NCBI RefSeq assembly: GCF_009914755.1
Contig: NC_060928.1
Direction: 5' to 3' (one strand)
Length of the DNA stretch: 64,000 nt
From: the human T2T-CHM13v2.0 reference genome, Homo sapiens
Positions 13,682 through 27,000 of this stretch are shown piece by piece (position 1 is the stretch's first letter; every line of letters starts with the position of its first letter). A program made the translations under genes and the position numbers. Below the pieces are notes generated by a model. It did not search any database. It saw only the letters and a list, made by a program, of their open reading frames with translations, and was not told where the DNA came from.

Positions 13682-14176
13682 ATCATTGCTGAGTAGAGCA
13701 GCCGATGGCTGCTTTTTAAAGTGTCCTTGTGATGATGAAGGCATGGGCATATCAGGATTTTATTTCAAGCCTTCAGACGAGGCACCATCAACATTTTCAG
13801 GTCCATTTTTATTTGTCTTAAGAAGGTGTGATACCCAGTTTGTATAGTACTGAGTTCTTTACGAAAGAATGTCCCTCTACAAAAGAATATTACCTGATAC
13901 CAGACCTTGCCCATGTGTTTTGAGGGCCCTATCTCCTGGGAAGTGAGAAGCAATTTCCTGGAAGAGGTCTGCGTCTGCGTTCTGAGTCCAGGGTACTCCT
14001 TCAGGCTGTTTGTTGGGAACCTTGCTTGCCACTTTGTATGATGCAGGTGGTGGCAGGTGGGTTCTCAGGGTGATTGCCACTTGATCCTTGCAATTCAGGG
14101 TTTAGTGACAAGCCTGATCCACTGTAAAGGCATGGAGGAACCGCTTGCTTTTTGTGGTATGAAACTCTGAAGTTGA

Positions 14177-14292
14177 TGTCCTCATCAGTGAGGTGGAGAT
14201 AATTATTCAGAATAACTTTTAAGGTTCTTTGTAGTGTCCTCATCAGTGAGGTGGAGATAATTATTCAGAATAACTTTTAAGGTTCTTTGTAG
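14177..14292. repeat. Perfect 58-bp tandem duplication
   Basis: tgtcctcatcagtgaggtggagataattattcagaataacttttaaggttctttgtag occurs at 14177-14234 and again at 14235-14292. Confidence 0.97.
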
Positions 14293-14783
14293 TTCAAAAA
14301 TAGTCCAACTTCAAGTTTAAGAACCTCTGCCTACCCTCCCACCCCCACCTTCCAACCTTTCTAGATTAGTCATTTGTTTGGCAAATGTTTGAATGACAGT
14401 GATGTGCCAAGTGTAGTATTCCAGGCCCTAGGGAATCAAAAACCATGAGTAAGATAAAGTCCATTAAGAGGAGGGGCTTATAAACAATATTCAGACAAAA
14501 GATCCAGAAGTCATAAGGTCACTTGTCTTTATGCCAGTAAAGTAACTAAATAAGCATTGTATTTGTGAAGTATGTGCACCTAGTACACAAGAAAACCCAG
14601 AGAGTAATCATTTATGTGCTCTAAAGGCAGAAAGTAGTCGATCTTTAAACTATTTTGTCTTCTATTTTGGATTTCTTTTCTATTTTTGCTCATTTTAATT
14701 TTATTAAACCTATCTAATGAAATATTTTGATCTCAAACTAGAATTAACAAGTATAGAACAAAATATTTTTATGTATTCATATA

Positions 14784-15138
14784 TGTCTTAGGCCATTTAG
14801 GCAGCTATAACAGAATGTTTTAGACTGGGTGGCTTATAAATAAAATTCCAGAGAATTTTATTTCTCTGGAGGCCCAGAAGTTCAAGACCAAGATGCCGTA
14901 GATTTGGTGTCTGGTGACAGCCTGCTTTTTGATTCATAGATGGTGCCTTCTAACTGGGTCCTCCCATGTTGGAAGGGGCAAACAAGCGCCCTTGGGTCTC
15001 TTAACTAATCTCATTCAGGAGGATTCTGCCCCCAGGACCTAATAATCTCACAAAGGCACCACTTTTTGATACCATCATCTTGGGGGTGAGGATTTCAACC
15101 TACAAATTTCAGGGGGATACAAACATTCAGACCCTTCA
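14784..15138 (-). mobile_element. MLT1A-type MaLR solo LTR
   Basis: Starts tgtcttag...gctataacagaat...agactgggtggcttataaa and ends aaacattcagac, the reverse complements of the MLT1A termini. Confidence 0.8.
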
Positions 15139-15936
15139 TTATATTTGGTTAAAATGCTGTTAAAAAAAAAAAAAGGTTACTGTATGATGGGAGTGTGATA
15201 GAAACAGAAAGCCCATCGGCTGTGAAACCAGAGTTTTTAATCATTTCTGTCATTTCCTGGGTGTCTCTGGTAGCATCCTTAAACTAGGGTGGTGAAGTAT
15301 GGCTTATGGCTTATGCCTGGGCTCTCAGAGGAATTGTGTGCTTGGCTTCCCTAGGGCCTGTGAGCCTGGGGCAGGACGTGGGTGGTATGAGAGTTTGGAC
15401 TTAGGCCGGCAGCTGGTAGGGAACATCTATCCTTGCACTCCTGAGATCATTCCCCTGCCAGAGAAGACACAGCTCCTGTTTTGGTCTGATGAATTAAGCT
15501 AATTGTGGTGCTTAAACTTAAAAAAAAAAAAAAAAAAAAAACAGTGACAATTGTTAATTAACTGCAATAAACTGATGATGGGCTGGAAAAATACTAAGTG
15601 AAGGGGCAGGGGCCTTTTCCTGGGTAATAGGGGAAAGCTACCTCTGATTTTATAAACTTCGATGATTACTGTGTTGATTTCTGTCCTTACAAATCTGTTA
15701 GAGCAGCAAACTCAAAAAGAAATTATCTTACATTGTGTGCATTTTTTTGTGTTGGGAAATGGTGTTCCTTAGAAGCGTGGCACTGTCACTGTGACTTCTA
15801 CACATTTTTTTATACATGGTACACAGAAACATGTGGGAAGACTTGAGTTGAAGATGTGACTGCTTTCTGAGGTCACATTGGTGGCTTACATGTCCCAAGC
15901 CAGGCTCTAGAGTCCTCTGAAGATGTGTACGTTGAG

Positions 15937-15955
15937 TGGCCACTAGATGGCAACC
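15937..15955 (+). promoter_or_regulatory. CTCF core motif candidate
   Basis: TGGCCACTAGATGGCAACC closely fits the CTCF consensus. AP-1 site TGACTCA at 15973-15979. Confidence 0.6.
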
Positions 15956-16639
15956 TGTGGTTCTGGACAGGGTGACTCAGCAGCCTGTTTCACTATTGGG
16001 GGCCAGTCCAGGGGCTTTGTGTGTTCAAGACACCCTTTAAAGCAGATTAAACTCTGTATTGGCAACATTAGCTCCCAACCCCAGGTTTTTAATGGGTACC
16101 AGAGTTAGTAATATTACTTGTGTTTTTTATGTTTAAAGCACAAGAACTGTTCATTTCCTGCATTTCAGACAGGATCTCTGAGCATCTTTCAAACATAGGG
16201 ACATCTTTTTGCCAGGATGTTGGGCTTGCTCCCAGGCATGCTGCAGAACTTCACATTTCTTCTCATAGCTCTGCCTAGAGTTTACAGCTAACTTTATTTT
16301 CTTTTAACTATGGGGTAGTTATCTAAATGAGTGCTTCCTGCTCTTGAATCTGTTAAAACAAACAACCGCTCTTCTTCTTCGTAGACAGGACTAAACTAAA
16401 CTACCAGTCAAATCTATGGCTTTGGTCCTTGACCCTCTTTCCGGTGAAGAACAGGGACCTCGACCTTATGTTTTTGGGTTACCCAGTTTCCCTCCTCTTT
16501 GACCCTCTCCGATTATTATTAATATTATATTATTATATACACACCATTAAAAAAATCTAACCCTACAGTAGAAAATCTAACCCTATAGTGCGAATTCAGC
16601 CCTGCCTCCCAAACTTACTCCTGTTTACTGCTTTCTTGT

Positions 16640-17110
16640 GTATCTTTCTAGTCCCTGTGACCCCCTCATTGGGATTCTGGCACTAGATCTCTAACTGGCT
16701 CTCAATATCTCTTTTCCTTCCCACCAGTCCTTCTCCATGGAGATCAAGAGTGAGCTTGTCAAGATGCAGCCCTGATCGTGGTCTTTCTCATAGTGGCAGG
16801 TGGCCTCCATTGTTCCTAGGATGTAATTTTAAAAACCCTCACTGTGGACTACAAAAGCCTTTTATGAGACTGACCCCATGTTCCTCTCAGCATCATCTTA
16901 TACCTCTTTCCCACTTCCTCTATCCACTCCAGCGACAGTGGCTGTCTTTTAAGTCTGTTGGACTTACCATACTCCCATCTGCTTCTGGGCCTTTGCATAT
17001 GCTGTTCCTAATAGACAGAGAGCCTTTCCCACCTCTCCAAAATATCTAGTTCCTGCTTATCTCTCAACTCTCTTAGCTTATGTGTCATTCTCTTGAAGAA
17101 GTCTTTTCCG
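16640..17110 (+). mobile_element. L2 LINE 3' remnant
   Basis: L2-like motif ctgggcctttgcatatgctgttcc within a pyrimidine-rich body. Confidence 0.5.
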
Positions 17111-17589
17111 ACTCTAAAATAGCCTAATTTTAATCTTTTTTATTTTCCACATTAGGAAGAAATAAGGGGCTTTCTAAATTGTTCTGTTTCATAGAAATTA
17201 AACATTTAATATAATTGCAGGCTTTTAGATAGTTTATCATATCAACAAAGAGATCATAAGGACTTATTTGTAGTTAGGTACAAAGAAGGAGCTTTCACAG
17301 GCTTGTTTTTAAAAATAGATTCGTGTGCTCTATTATGAACCATTTTAGTTCATACAGTATACAAAATATATTGATAATACTTGGTGTATGTATTATCTGT
17401 ACTTAGTAGGTTAAAGATCTATAGAGAAAATACGTATTCAGTGTTGAAAATCTTTAATATTGCTGGTGAAAATGGTGACTCTTGATTCTCATTTTTAAGG
17501 GCTAGATATTGCAAACAAAATTAGTTTGTAAAAATAACCAATAAGTATGCTTGCTTATGAAAAGTAAACACTGTATCACTTACTGGTAA

Positions 17590-19090
17590 AAACAGGTTAT
17601 TATCACCAAGGCTCCCTGGAGAAATGGCTGATTTCAAGTCTGGAATAGGGTAAGAACAGGGTGAGCTGTTCCATCTTGTGCCAGAAAGCAAGGAAATGCT
17701 CAGAGACTTGTGGGGGACATGTCAGAAGGAAATTGGAGCCAGCTTTAGGGGGCTACTGCCCAAATGGGGAAAGTTTCTACAATCAAAAAGAGTAATGACG
17801 GTAACAGATTATAACACACTGAATTAGACGCAAAAAATCCTAAGTCCAGAAAATAAGAAGGTCATGTGTGGAGCTCTTCTTTATAGAAGAATTATAGCCA
17901 ATAAATGTAGAAGGAATGATAGGATTAGAAAATCACCATCTTGGGTATTCAGATGTTACTGATTCAGGCAGGTATCACCAATGGATGCTATAACCATTGT
18001 GTGTTGTCAGGAGTATGTCCTCCTTGTGAGGTCTTTAGAGATCATTCCAACCTGGCCACAGAACTTCTACTGGGAGAGGAATAGGAGATTAAAGGATTTA
18101 TTTTATTCTCAGTTCCTAGAGAGGGAAGCATGGCATGCCACACAGGGAGCTATATGGGAGGAGCTCCCAGGGAGTGGGCTCCGCTAAGCAGGTGGGGAAC
18201 TGAGAGAGAGTGAGGACCCATGGGCAAGTGCCTTCCCTGGATGTCAGATTGGTATGTGTGGATGTCACTCAGTCATAGTCAGGGGAGTGTAAGAAGGGGA
18301 CCTTGTGGCAGGGGGGCAGACTTACCGCTAGTGGACTTGGTCTCCTGGGTAGGATGTTCATTGCTTATTTGTGGGGATACTGAGGCAGGAGGAAAATAGG
18401 AAGTTTAAGTGGTGTACAATACACATTGAGTGAAATGTTATTGGGGACTGGACATTTATAGTCTCAAAGTATCATCCTGTAGATACTTACTATTTCAAAG
18501 AGGAAGAATTGCCTTTAAATGGAAAATGGTGGACACCACCATAACCATAGGAATCCACCAATAATGGAACAGGGACAGACAGACATGATGAAGGACACAC
18601 ATCTTGTCAGAAGTGTTGGATCTAAATATAATCATAGGGACATTATCTGACAGATGGACATTCTACAAAAGCAAGTGGTCTGGTCTCCAAAAATGACATT
18701 GTCAAGAAAGAAAAAGGCAGAGAACTCTTCTAGAGACTAAGGAAATATGACAGCTAAAAGCAGCGCATGATCCTTGATTGGATCCTGATTGAAAACAGCA
18801 GCTATAAAAGAAATTGGGGAATAATTGGGAAATTTGCAGGTGGTTGTATATCAGCTAAGAAAGTTAACATTGATACAGTAGTAAGATTGTTGATGGTGTT
18901 GAAGTGCTTAGGGATGAAGTTTCATTATGTTTGCAACTTTTAAATGGTATAGAAAAATGTATATGTATATGAGAGAGAGTACATAAATATAAAAAAGGTT
19001 AATTGCTGGATCAAGGGGATGGTATATGAGTGGTTATTTGCTATTCTTTCAACTTTTCTGTACATTTAAAATTTTTTTTAAGTGTAGAAA
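17590..19090 (+). mobile_element. Old L1MC/MD 3' region, interrupted by an LTR
   Basis: L1MC-type motifs (ggctccctggagaaatggctgattt; atgatccttgattggatcctg; tattctttcaacttttctgta). Confidence 0.6.
18000..18423. mobile_element. Solo LTR (ERVL/MaLR class, family not identified)
   Basis: TG...CA ends with short inverted termini (tgtgttgt / acaataca) and a 5-bp TSD cattg at 17995-17999 and 18424-18428. Confidence 0.65.
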
Positions 19091-19222
19091 AAATAGGTTA
19101 TGGATGTGTTTCAACTTCAGGGATTTGTTCTTTCCTTTGGTATTGTGTTTATATTACTGCCTCTATTAAAAAAATAAATAAATGAACTCAGGTCATAATT
19201 TGCCTTTATTCTGTTTTTCTAG

Positions 19223-19331
19223 ATGTGATACAACAGAAAAACTCAGAAATACTTTGGATTACTTAAGATCATTCTTAAATGATTCTACAAACTTTAAACT
19301 TATTTACAGATATGCGTTTGACTTTGCACGG
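19223..19331 (+). CDS. DCUN1D4: DCUN1D4 coding exon C (109 nt; [36 protein letters not shown])
   Basis: Acceptor gtttttctag|A and donor CGG|gtgagt. Phase 2 in matches exon B. Contains the [11 protein letters not shown]1 motif. Confidence 0.96.
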
Positions 19332-20404
19332 GTGAGTTCTCTGGAGCCTATCCAGATGTTTCCCTCTCTTCCCTCCCCTTTTTAAATTGCCTTTTGAGGT
19401 TAGTTTTTACATGCCACAGCAAAAAAACTTGAATAAGTTAACTCCCAGGATGCTAGTTAGTATTTCTTTCTACATGTATGCTTTTGAAAACTAAGTTTGA
19501 TTCTGGGCAAACATTCTGTAGGTCAGCAAAAAGCTCTAGTGGCAGACGTTTACTGGCTCTTGGAATTGGCTTAAAAGTGACATGGGCATGCAATACACAC
19601 TGTCTTAAATGTCTCTTAGATAAGGTTGGAAAAGCTTTCCTTCTCACAGAACAACAAACCTTCTCCTGTTGAGTTTACTAGAATAAGCTAATCATATCTA
19701 ATTCAGATTCACCGTGGGTGCTATTATTGTATTTGGAAATCATGTGAATTTTAGACGTAAGCTAATTTCTTACATTACTTAATGTAATACATTACTTAAA
19801 TGTATTTTTCTAATCATCGTTTTGAAAAGCAGTTACCCTATTTGTCACATAGTGAGTCAAGTCGAAGTATGTGAAAGTGGTTCCCTTGGAGTGAAATAAA
19901 AATCTTACTTTTCAGCCTAGTCACCATACATAGAGAATTTTGAAGCACCAGTTGGCATCATACTCAATTCAAACAAAATCTATATCCCATACAATTACAA
20001 TTTATTCTGAAATGATGTTTTCTGTTAGGTCTGTTTGTTTAGTGGATTCAGGTGACTAGGCTTTCTTGTTTGATTGCACTTTTTTAAATGATTTTTTTTT
20101 AAGGCAGAGAACTCGGTGACAATTTATTCTTTTTTCCTTACCACCATATTGATTTTTTTCACTTTTTACTCTCTTTGGCTCTGCCAGTTCAGCACCAAAG
20201 GTTTATTTGATGGTGAATTTTGATGCATCTTGCAATAACGTTCTCTGTGGTGCCCTCATTCATGCATTTTCCTATTATTACAACCTTCTAGTTAAATCAC
20301 ACCATGCATAGAAATTTATTGATGTTAAAAACGATAAGGTGAAATTCAGATACAGTGTTTGATAAAATGGCATTTGCATAATAATATATAAAAGTTACCT
20401 GCCA

Positions 20405-20638
20405 GGCCAGATGCAGTGGCTCATACCTGTAACCCCAGCACTTTAGGAGGCTGAGGCAGAAAGATCACTTAAAGCCAGAAGTTTGAGACCAGCCTGGGTA
20501 ACATACCCTGTCTCTATACAAAACAAATAAAAAAATTTAAAAATTAGCCAGATATGGTGCCTATAGTTCTAGCTACTCAGGAGGCTGAGGTAAGAGGATT
20601 GCTTAAGAACAGGAGTTCGAGGTTAAAAAAAGAAAAAG
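20405..20638 (+). mobile_element. AluJ-type element lacking the 3' part of its right arm
   Basis: Alu stops at ggagttcgaggtt and runs into an A-rich tail. TSD-like aagtta(cc/tt)tgcca on both sides. Confidence 0.88.
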
Positions 20639-21914
20639 GAAGTTATTTGCCAGATGCTTTTTTTTGCTAGATGCTTTTAGAATAGTTGACTGGTTTCTAG
20701 GATTATATAGTTTATTTCATGAGTTTTTTTTTTCCTCCCAAAGTCAGCTGTTTCTTATAGTATGGGTAGAAATTCATTTAGAAACATCATACCTTCTCTA
20801 CCCAAATCAGCTCTATTTTCTAACTTCCTTGACTGGGGGAGTCACAGTTCTCCCAGATATCCAATGTGCTTTAGATCTAGGTTCTGCTTTACTCCTCCCT
20901 GGCTAACGTCCTGTTCTGGGGCAGTCACCCTGGCACATCTCATGAGTGCTCTTTGGCCACCTTTTTCTTGGTGCCTCCACTGCAGCCTCACCGGTGGAGG
21001 CCTTGCTTCTCCTTACCAGCCCTCTTCTGGTAGCCTCATGTCCACATTCTTTCACTTCTTACCCTGTGCTCACATCACTAGGGTGTCATTCGTCTTCCTT
21101 CAGCCCCTGGGTCACTCAGCCACCTTCCTGCTCCCCACAGCCTCTAGTACCTCCCCACTGTGTTTATATCGACCCAGCACTTCCCTGTGTATACGACACA
21201 GTTGTTCCCATGTCAGCTCTGAGGGACAGCCGGGGTGGTTTCAGTCCACTTTACAGAGTAAGAAAGTGCGCTTCAGCAAAGGGGAGAAATGGCCACGTTG
21301 TTCATAGTAGATCCATGACTCAAACCTAGGCCTTCTGTCTCCAAGTCTAGTATGTGGGTTACTCCAGACCCTCACAACTAAGTCCCAAGCTTCCCCACTC
21401 AACGCCTGCATTATGATGAAATTGCACTAACGGTTGCTCACTGGCCCTGCTTCCTGGCCTCTCTGCATTCTGCCTTTGGGAGTGCTGGGCCCTTGCCTAG
21501 AGCCCCGTTTGCATTAGCACAGTTGTACCCATCCAGGCCCTGGGTCTGAGCCATGTGCTTCTGCTTCGACACAGCCTCCTGGTCAGCCTGTCAGGGATCA
21601 GCCTGTCGGGGTGGGATTGTGCTGGTTTCAGTTACATACCCCTGGTGTCTCCTCTACTTGGCTTTGGAGTTTGAGTACAGGCCTTAATTTTTCCTGGCAG
21701 ATTGAGGGACTCTGTAATTTCTTTCTTTGTACATCCTTTGTTTTAAAGGAGAGTCTCAATTAATATTGGTGAATTAAGCCCTTTCACATAACAATAAATA
21801 AAAACAACCATATTTAATCATTGCTTAATTACCGGATAGATTCAGTTTAGCTAAAATATGCTCTAAGATAAATTTTTTAATGAATCCTGTTCTTTTTTGC
21901 TTTGTTTTGTTGAG

Positions 21915-24730
21915 CTGTATCTTCACAGATTTTGAGATGTTATATTTTCATTTTCATTTAGTTAAAAATATTTTCTAGTTCACCTTGTGAATTCTTTTTT
22001 GGCCCATTGATTATTTAGAAGTATGTTATTTTCCAGGTATTTAGGATTGTCCAGATAATCTTTCTATTATTGATAGTTTAATTCTGTTGTGGTCAGGGAA
22101 CATACCCTGTATAATTTTTATCTATTTGATTTATGGTCCAGAATATGGTCTGCTGCGGTGAATATTTTATGCGTACTTTAAAAGAATGAATATTCTGCTG
22201 TTGTCAGTGGAGTGTTCTATAAATGTCAATTAGGTCAAGTTAGCTGATAGTGTCTTTCAGGTCTTCTGTATTCTTCCTGATTTCTACTTGTTCTGTCAAT
22301 TACTGAGAGAGGAATGTTGAACTCTCCACCTGTATGTCTTCTGTCACCTCTGTCACTTTTTTGCTCCACATGTTTTGAAGCACTGATACTAGGTTTAGTA
22401 TTGTTATATCCTCTTGATGAATTAAGACGCTTTACCATTATGTAATGTCTCTCTTTATCTCTAGTAATATTCCTTATATTGAAGTCTACTTTGTCCAATA
22501 CAAATGTATTCACTCCAACTTTCTTTTTATTAAAGTCTGCATGCTATATCTTTTTTAAATCTTTTACTTTTAACCTGTTTGTTTCTTTATGTTTAAAGTG
22601 GATTTCTTATGGATAGCATGTGGTTGGATCTGACAATATGTGTTTTAACTGGGATGCTGAAACTATTACATTTAATGTAATTATTGGTATGGACAAAATT
22701 TATATCTCCTCGCTTGCTATTTTTTCTCTATGTATCCCACCTATTTTTTGTTCCTTTTTTCCTCTTTTCATGCCTTCTTTTTGGATATTTTCACTATTGC
22801 CTTATTAACTTTTTTTTCCTAGTAGTTGCTCTGGGTGTTCCAGTATACATCTTTAAATTTCACAGCCTACCTTCATATAATGTTATGCCACTTCATGTAT
22901 AATGCAAGAATCTTTACAACTGTGTACTTTCATTTTGCCCTCTCATATTTTATGCTGTTTTTGTCATTTATTTTATTTAGGCTATAAATGTCGCAATATG
23001 CTACTATAACTTTTGCTTTAAATTGGCAAAAATGTCTTTTATTGTTACTCAGAAATACCAAATATATCATATATATCTATGCTCCTTATTTCTTTTGTGT
23101 AGATCCAGATTTCTATCTGGTATCATTTTCCTTCTGCCTAAAAAACTTTCTTTAATGTTTCTCATAGGCTAGATCTGCTGGTGATGAGTTCTGTAAGCTT
23201 TTATTTTGCCTTCAACTTAGAAGAGACTTCTGGGTAAAAAAATTCTAGGTTGACACTTTATTCTTTCGGTACTGCAGTAATGTCTCTGCATTGTCTTTCA
23301 TCATGTGTAATTATAAATCTGGTGTCATTCTCACCTTTATTCCTCTAAACACGTCTTTTGTTTTCTGACTTTTTATTCTCTTTCCATTGCTTTTTTAGCA
23401 AGTTTATTATAATATTCCCTGGAATAATTTTCTTTATGTTTATTTTGGTTGGGGATTGTTGAGCTTTTTGGAACTGTGGGTTTATAGTTTTTATTAAGTT
23501 GGGAAATCTTTCTGCTGTTATTTCTCCAAATATTTTTTCTGTTCTGTCTCTGCTCTTCTGCGACTACAGTTACAACTATGTTAGGTTGCTTGAATGTGTC
23601 CCACAAGCCACTGATGCTGTGTTCCTTTTTATTTTTTCAGTTTTTTCTGTGTCTCATTTTTAATCATTTTTATTACTATGTCTTCCAATATTAATCTTTT
23701 CTTTTGCAGTGTTTAATCTGTTCATCTCAACCAGTATATTTTTCATTTCAGATACTATATTTTTCATCTTTAAAAGTTCCATTTGGGTCTTGTTTATGTC
23801 TCCAGTTTCTCTCCCCATCATGATAATATTTTTTTCTGCTTCGTTGAATTTCTAGAACATGTTTATAGTAGGTATTTTTATAACCTTGTCTTCTGGTTCC
23901 ATCATCTGTTATTTCTGTGTCTCTTTCTGTTGGTTTATTTTTCTCTTGGTAATGTGAGTTACTTGCCCAGCTTCTTTGCATTGCTTGTAATTTTTTTTTT
24001 TAATTGGAGCTGGATATTATGAATTTTAGGTATTTGGTTGCTGTGGGTTTTGTTGTATTCCTTTAGATAGCGTTGAGTTTGTTTGTTTTTTAAGTGCATA
24101 AATTACCTGGAATCAGCTTGATCCTTTGGAAGGGCTGTCCAAAGCAGTCTTGATAGGGATGATTTGGCCCCACTACTAAGGCAATATTTTTTTTGAGGAT
24201 TCTACCCAATGCCTTGTGTGCTATGAGATCTTTCCATGCTGACTGGTGGGATTACAAACTGTCCCCAGCCCTGAATAAACCCTGGGGACTTCTGCTCACT
24301 CATTTGCAATGTTTCTTTTCAGACTCAGGTTGTTTCTTCACATGTGTATATGGCCAAAGACTGAAGGAGACCACTCTGGAGACCTTCACATCTCTTTGTG
24401 TAGTTCCCACCTCACTAGTATTTGGCTGCATAAATTATAGTTATCTTTGCCACCTTGAACTCCAAGCTCTGTCTTTTCCAACTCAGCAAGATTGCTAGGC
24501 TCAGTTTTGGGTTCCCCCTCCTTTGCTATGGCCTAGAAACCACCTCCACAGAGTAAGCTGGTATCAACCTGAGGCTTACCTTATTTATTTTCTTTTTCTT
24601 GGGGATCACAGTCCTGTGTTGCCTGTTTTTCATCATCTGAAGCCATCATTTCACCTTTTTTGTCCAATTTCCTGGTTGTTTTTAAGTGGAAAGGGAAATC
24701 TTACCTGTTAGCCTATCTTGGTTGGAAGAA
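21915..24730 (-). mobile_element. Ancient L1M: 5' region, ORF1 and ORF2 endonuclease remnants
   Basis: Minus-strand ORF pieces DKVDFNIRNITRDKERHYIMVK (L1 EN-like) and MWDTFKQPNIVVTVVAEE (ORF1-like). T-rich + strand. Confidence 0.8.
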
Positions 24731-26789
24731 GAACTCAAACCTCATTTTTTCCCCCTCAAATCTGTTTTTTCCTACTAGAAAAGTGGACTCCTGGAGGTAA
24801 AACTCAATTAACCAGCAGTGGACCTTTTAAAAATCACACTTTAATGAAAATTGAGCTTTATGATATAATTTTAATATCCTAAATATTATATTGCAACTGA
24901 CAATGGTGGTATATATTAAATATTCTGAATTCTGCTTTAATATGCTGGGAAAGAAACTACAGTACAACACCAGAAAATGATAAAATAGCCCCTTTAACAG
25001 CTCTCTACCAAAATTGCAGCCCCAAGGGGCTGATCATTTCTTTCTTCCCCTTTGAACCTTGTAGCCAATTTAAAATAGTACTTGGCTATAAAGTTGTGTT
25101 ATTTTTCTCCTAATTTGTCTTTGACTTGAACTTATTTATAGTTCTATATGATGCTTGAGAGCTGAAAGGATCCTCAGAAGTCATCTGGTCCAGGCCTGTC
25201 AATGTAGGATGATGAGATTGAGAGCCAGCGAGGAGGGGCAGCAGCAGGGCCCGCATCTGCCCTTGACGTCCAGGCCAGTGTCCTTCACAGAGCCACATTG
25301 CTTTCCCTCCACAAAGCTCTCCTCCCGCTGTGGAATCTTGCTAGAAGAAGACGGTGGAATATACACAAGGGCCAACATGATCAGTTCTCTTCTACAGTTG
25401 GAATTTTGCCTCAGTATTTTTATGCATAGGGTTTTTTGCCCTCAATATAAATTTTATTATATAAACAATTGTTGTTATATGGATTCTTTTAAATAAAGCA
25501 GCCATTTTTCCTTGCTTCCTTTTTAAAAAAGGACCTAGTGAGAACAAGATTAGATGAAGAGAATAGACTAAAATGCTATATAATTTTTCATTGATCTGAG
25601 ACTAGTTATAAATATCAGTCCATTGGATGTTTTACCTTCTCTGTGGTGGAGACAAGCTTGCTGGTTCAAGGTTGTGCAGAGGCTGGCGCATGGGATTTGG
25701 AGGAGGGTGTGCGCTGATCAGCAGCATTGAGGGCCAGGTGAGAGCAGAGACCACGGATTTGCAGTGCTGTTGTTCTCCACAGAGTAGGATGTGTTTCTAG
25801 CATTGCAGTCCTACCTTGATGCAGGAAGGGACAGATTTAGAGTGAGAAGTTTGAGAGGAGCCCTGGTGGAGTGATCGAGGTGAACCAGACAGAATCAGGA
25901 AGGAAACAAAGTTAGGAGAAACTGCTAGAGAGGGAGAGAAAGGGAGGCCTTTCAGGAGAAGGGGAACGAGTGAAAGGGAAGATGGAAGGAGGGCACTGGA
26001 GAGGTCGCCTTTTCACTTCTTGAAATAAAACCTTAAAGAAGTCGAATGAAGAGTCTTGTGGAGGCAGAACACTCAAGTGGGAATGGCTTTTACTGAGAGG
26101 TAATCTTGTGGCAGGTTAGAGAGCAAGTCTGTCAGCCCCTCCATGTACTCTCTTTCCCAGCAGAACGTGCCAGCTGCTCTTCTCCAGTGTTTCTGAGGCT
26201 GTGTTTCAGGAAGCTATAAGCAGCCACACAGGTTCAAGCTGGTACACTGTCCTCTTCTCTGTACCACAATGGCCAAACCAGAAATGATTAGGGATGTTAC
26301 TCATAGAATTCACTAAGGAAAATTTTGCTAGGTCTTGTGTTCAACAACCCGTGTTATCAGAGAAATCCTCTTGAAGCTTAACCTAAATCTCCTGCAATCA
26401 TTTGGATTCACTTCCTCTTCTGATGTGAGTCAGCCTTTCATTTGTTAGTTGATGTATTCGTCCAGTTTCCTTCTCCACACAACCCACCCCCAACCTCAAA
26501 CACACGTGTGTCCACGTGCACACTCATACACTCTCCTCACACTCTCCCTCATACTTCACTGTCATTTACAAAGAAAACAGAAGGTAGGCCTGGGTGACAG
26601 TAAGAATAAGAATATGATGGAGTCATCTAAGCCCGGGTCTATTACTGAAAATCTTAGTTTTATCCTTAAGATTCCTCTTTAGTTGTTGCAGAGCCAGGCA
26701 TATTTGCTCAGCAGTTACTGATAGAGCCCACTGGCCTGTATGTTTCTTCATATCGAAATCTCTCTTCCCTCCTTACTTCTGAGGGAAGC

Positions 26790-27000
26790 AGCCTTGGTAG
26801 GCAGTGAAGAGCTCCAGCTTAGAATCAGCTTCCTAGCTCAAGTTCCAGCTCTACCATTTATTGATTTTAACTCCTTGTGCCTCAGTTTCCTTATTTATAA
26901 ATTGGGGATTATAGTAGTCCCTATTTACTAATAGAGGTGAAATGAGTTTAAGTGTAAGACACTTAGAACAGTTTCTAGCTTGAAGTAAGTTCTCAGGAAA
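26790..27000 (+). mobile_element. MIR SINE
   Basis: MIR core gtgcctcagtttccttatttataaattggggattata. Confidence 0.65.

Noticed and set aside
16552-16589. 20-bp tandem repeat aaaatctaacccta(c/t)agt, and a similar 17-bp pair near 19771-19804
   Set aside because: Ordinary short slippage duplications. The taaccct core is too short to call telomeric, and there is no spacer structure, so not CRISPR-like.
20762-21329. 181-aa and 127-aa + strand intronic ORFs
   Set aside because: Ser/Pro/Leu-rich with no recognisable domain; consistent with chance ORFs in a GC-richer, pyrimidine-biased patch.
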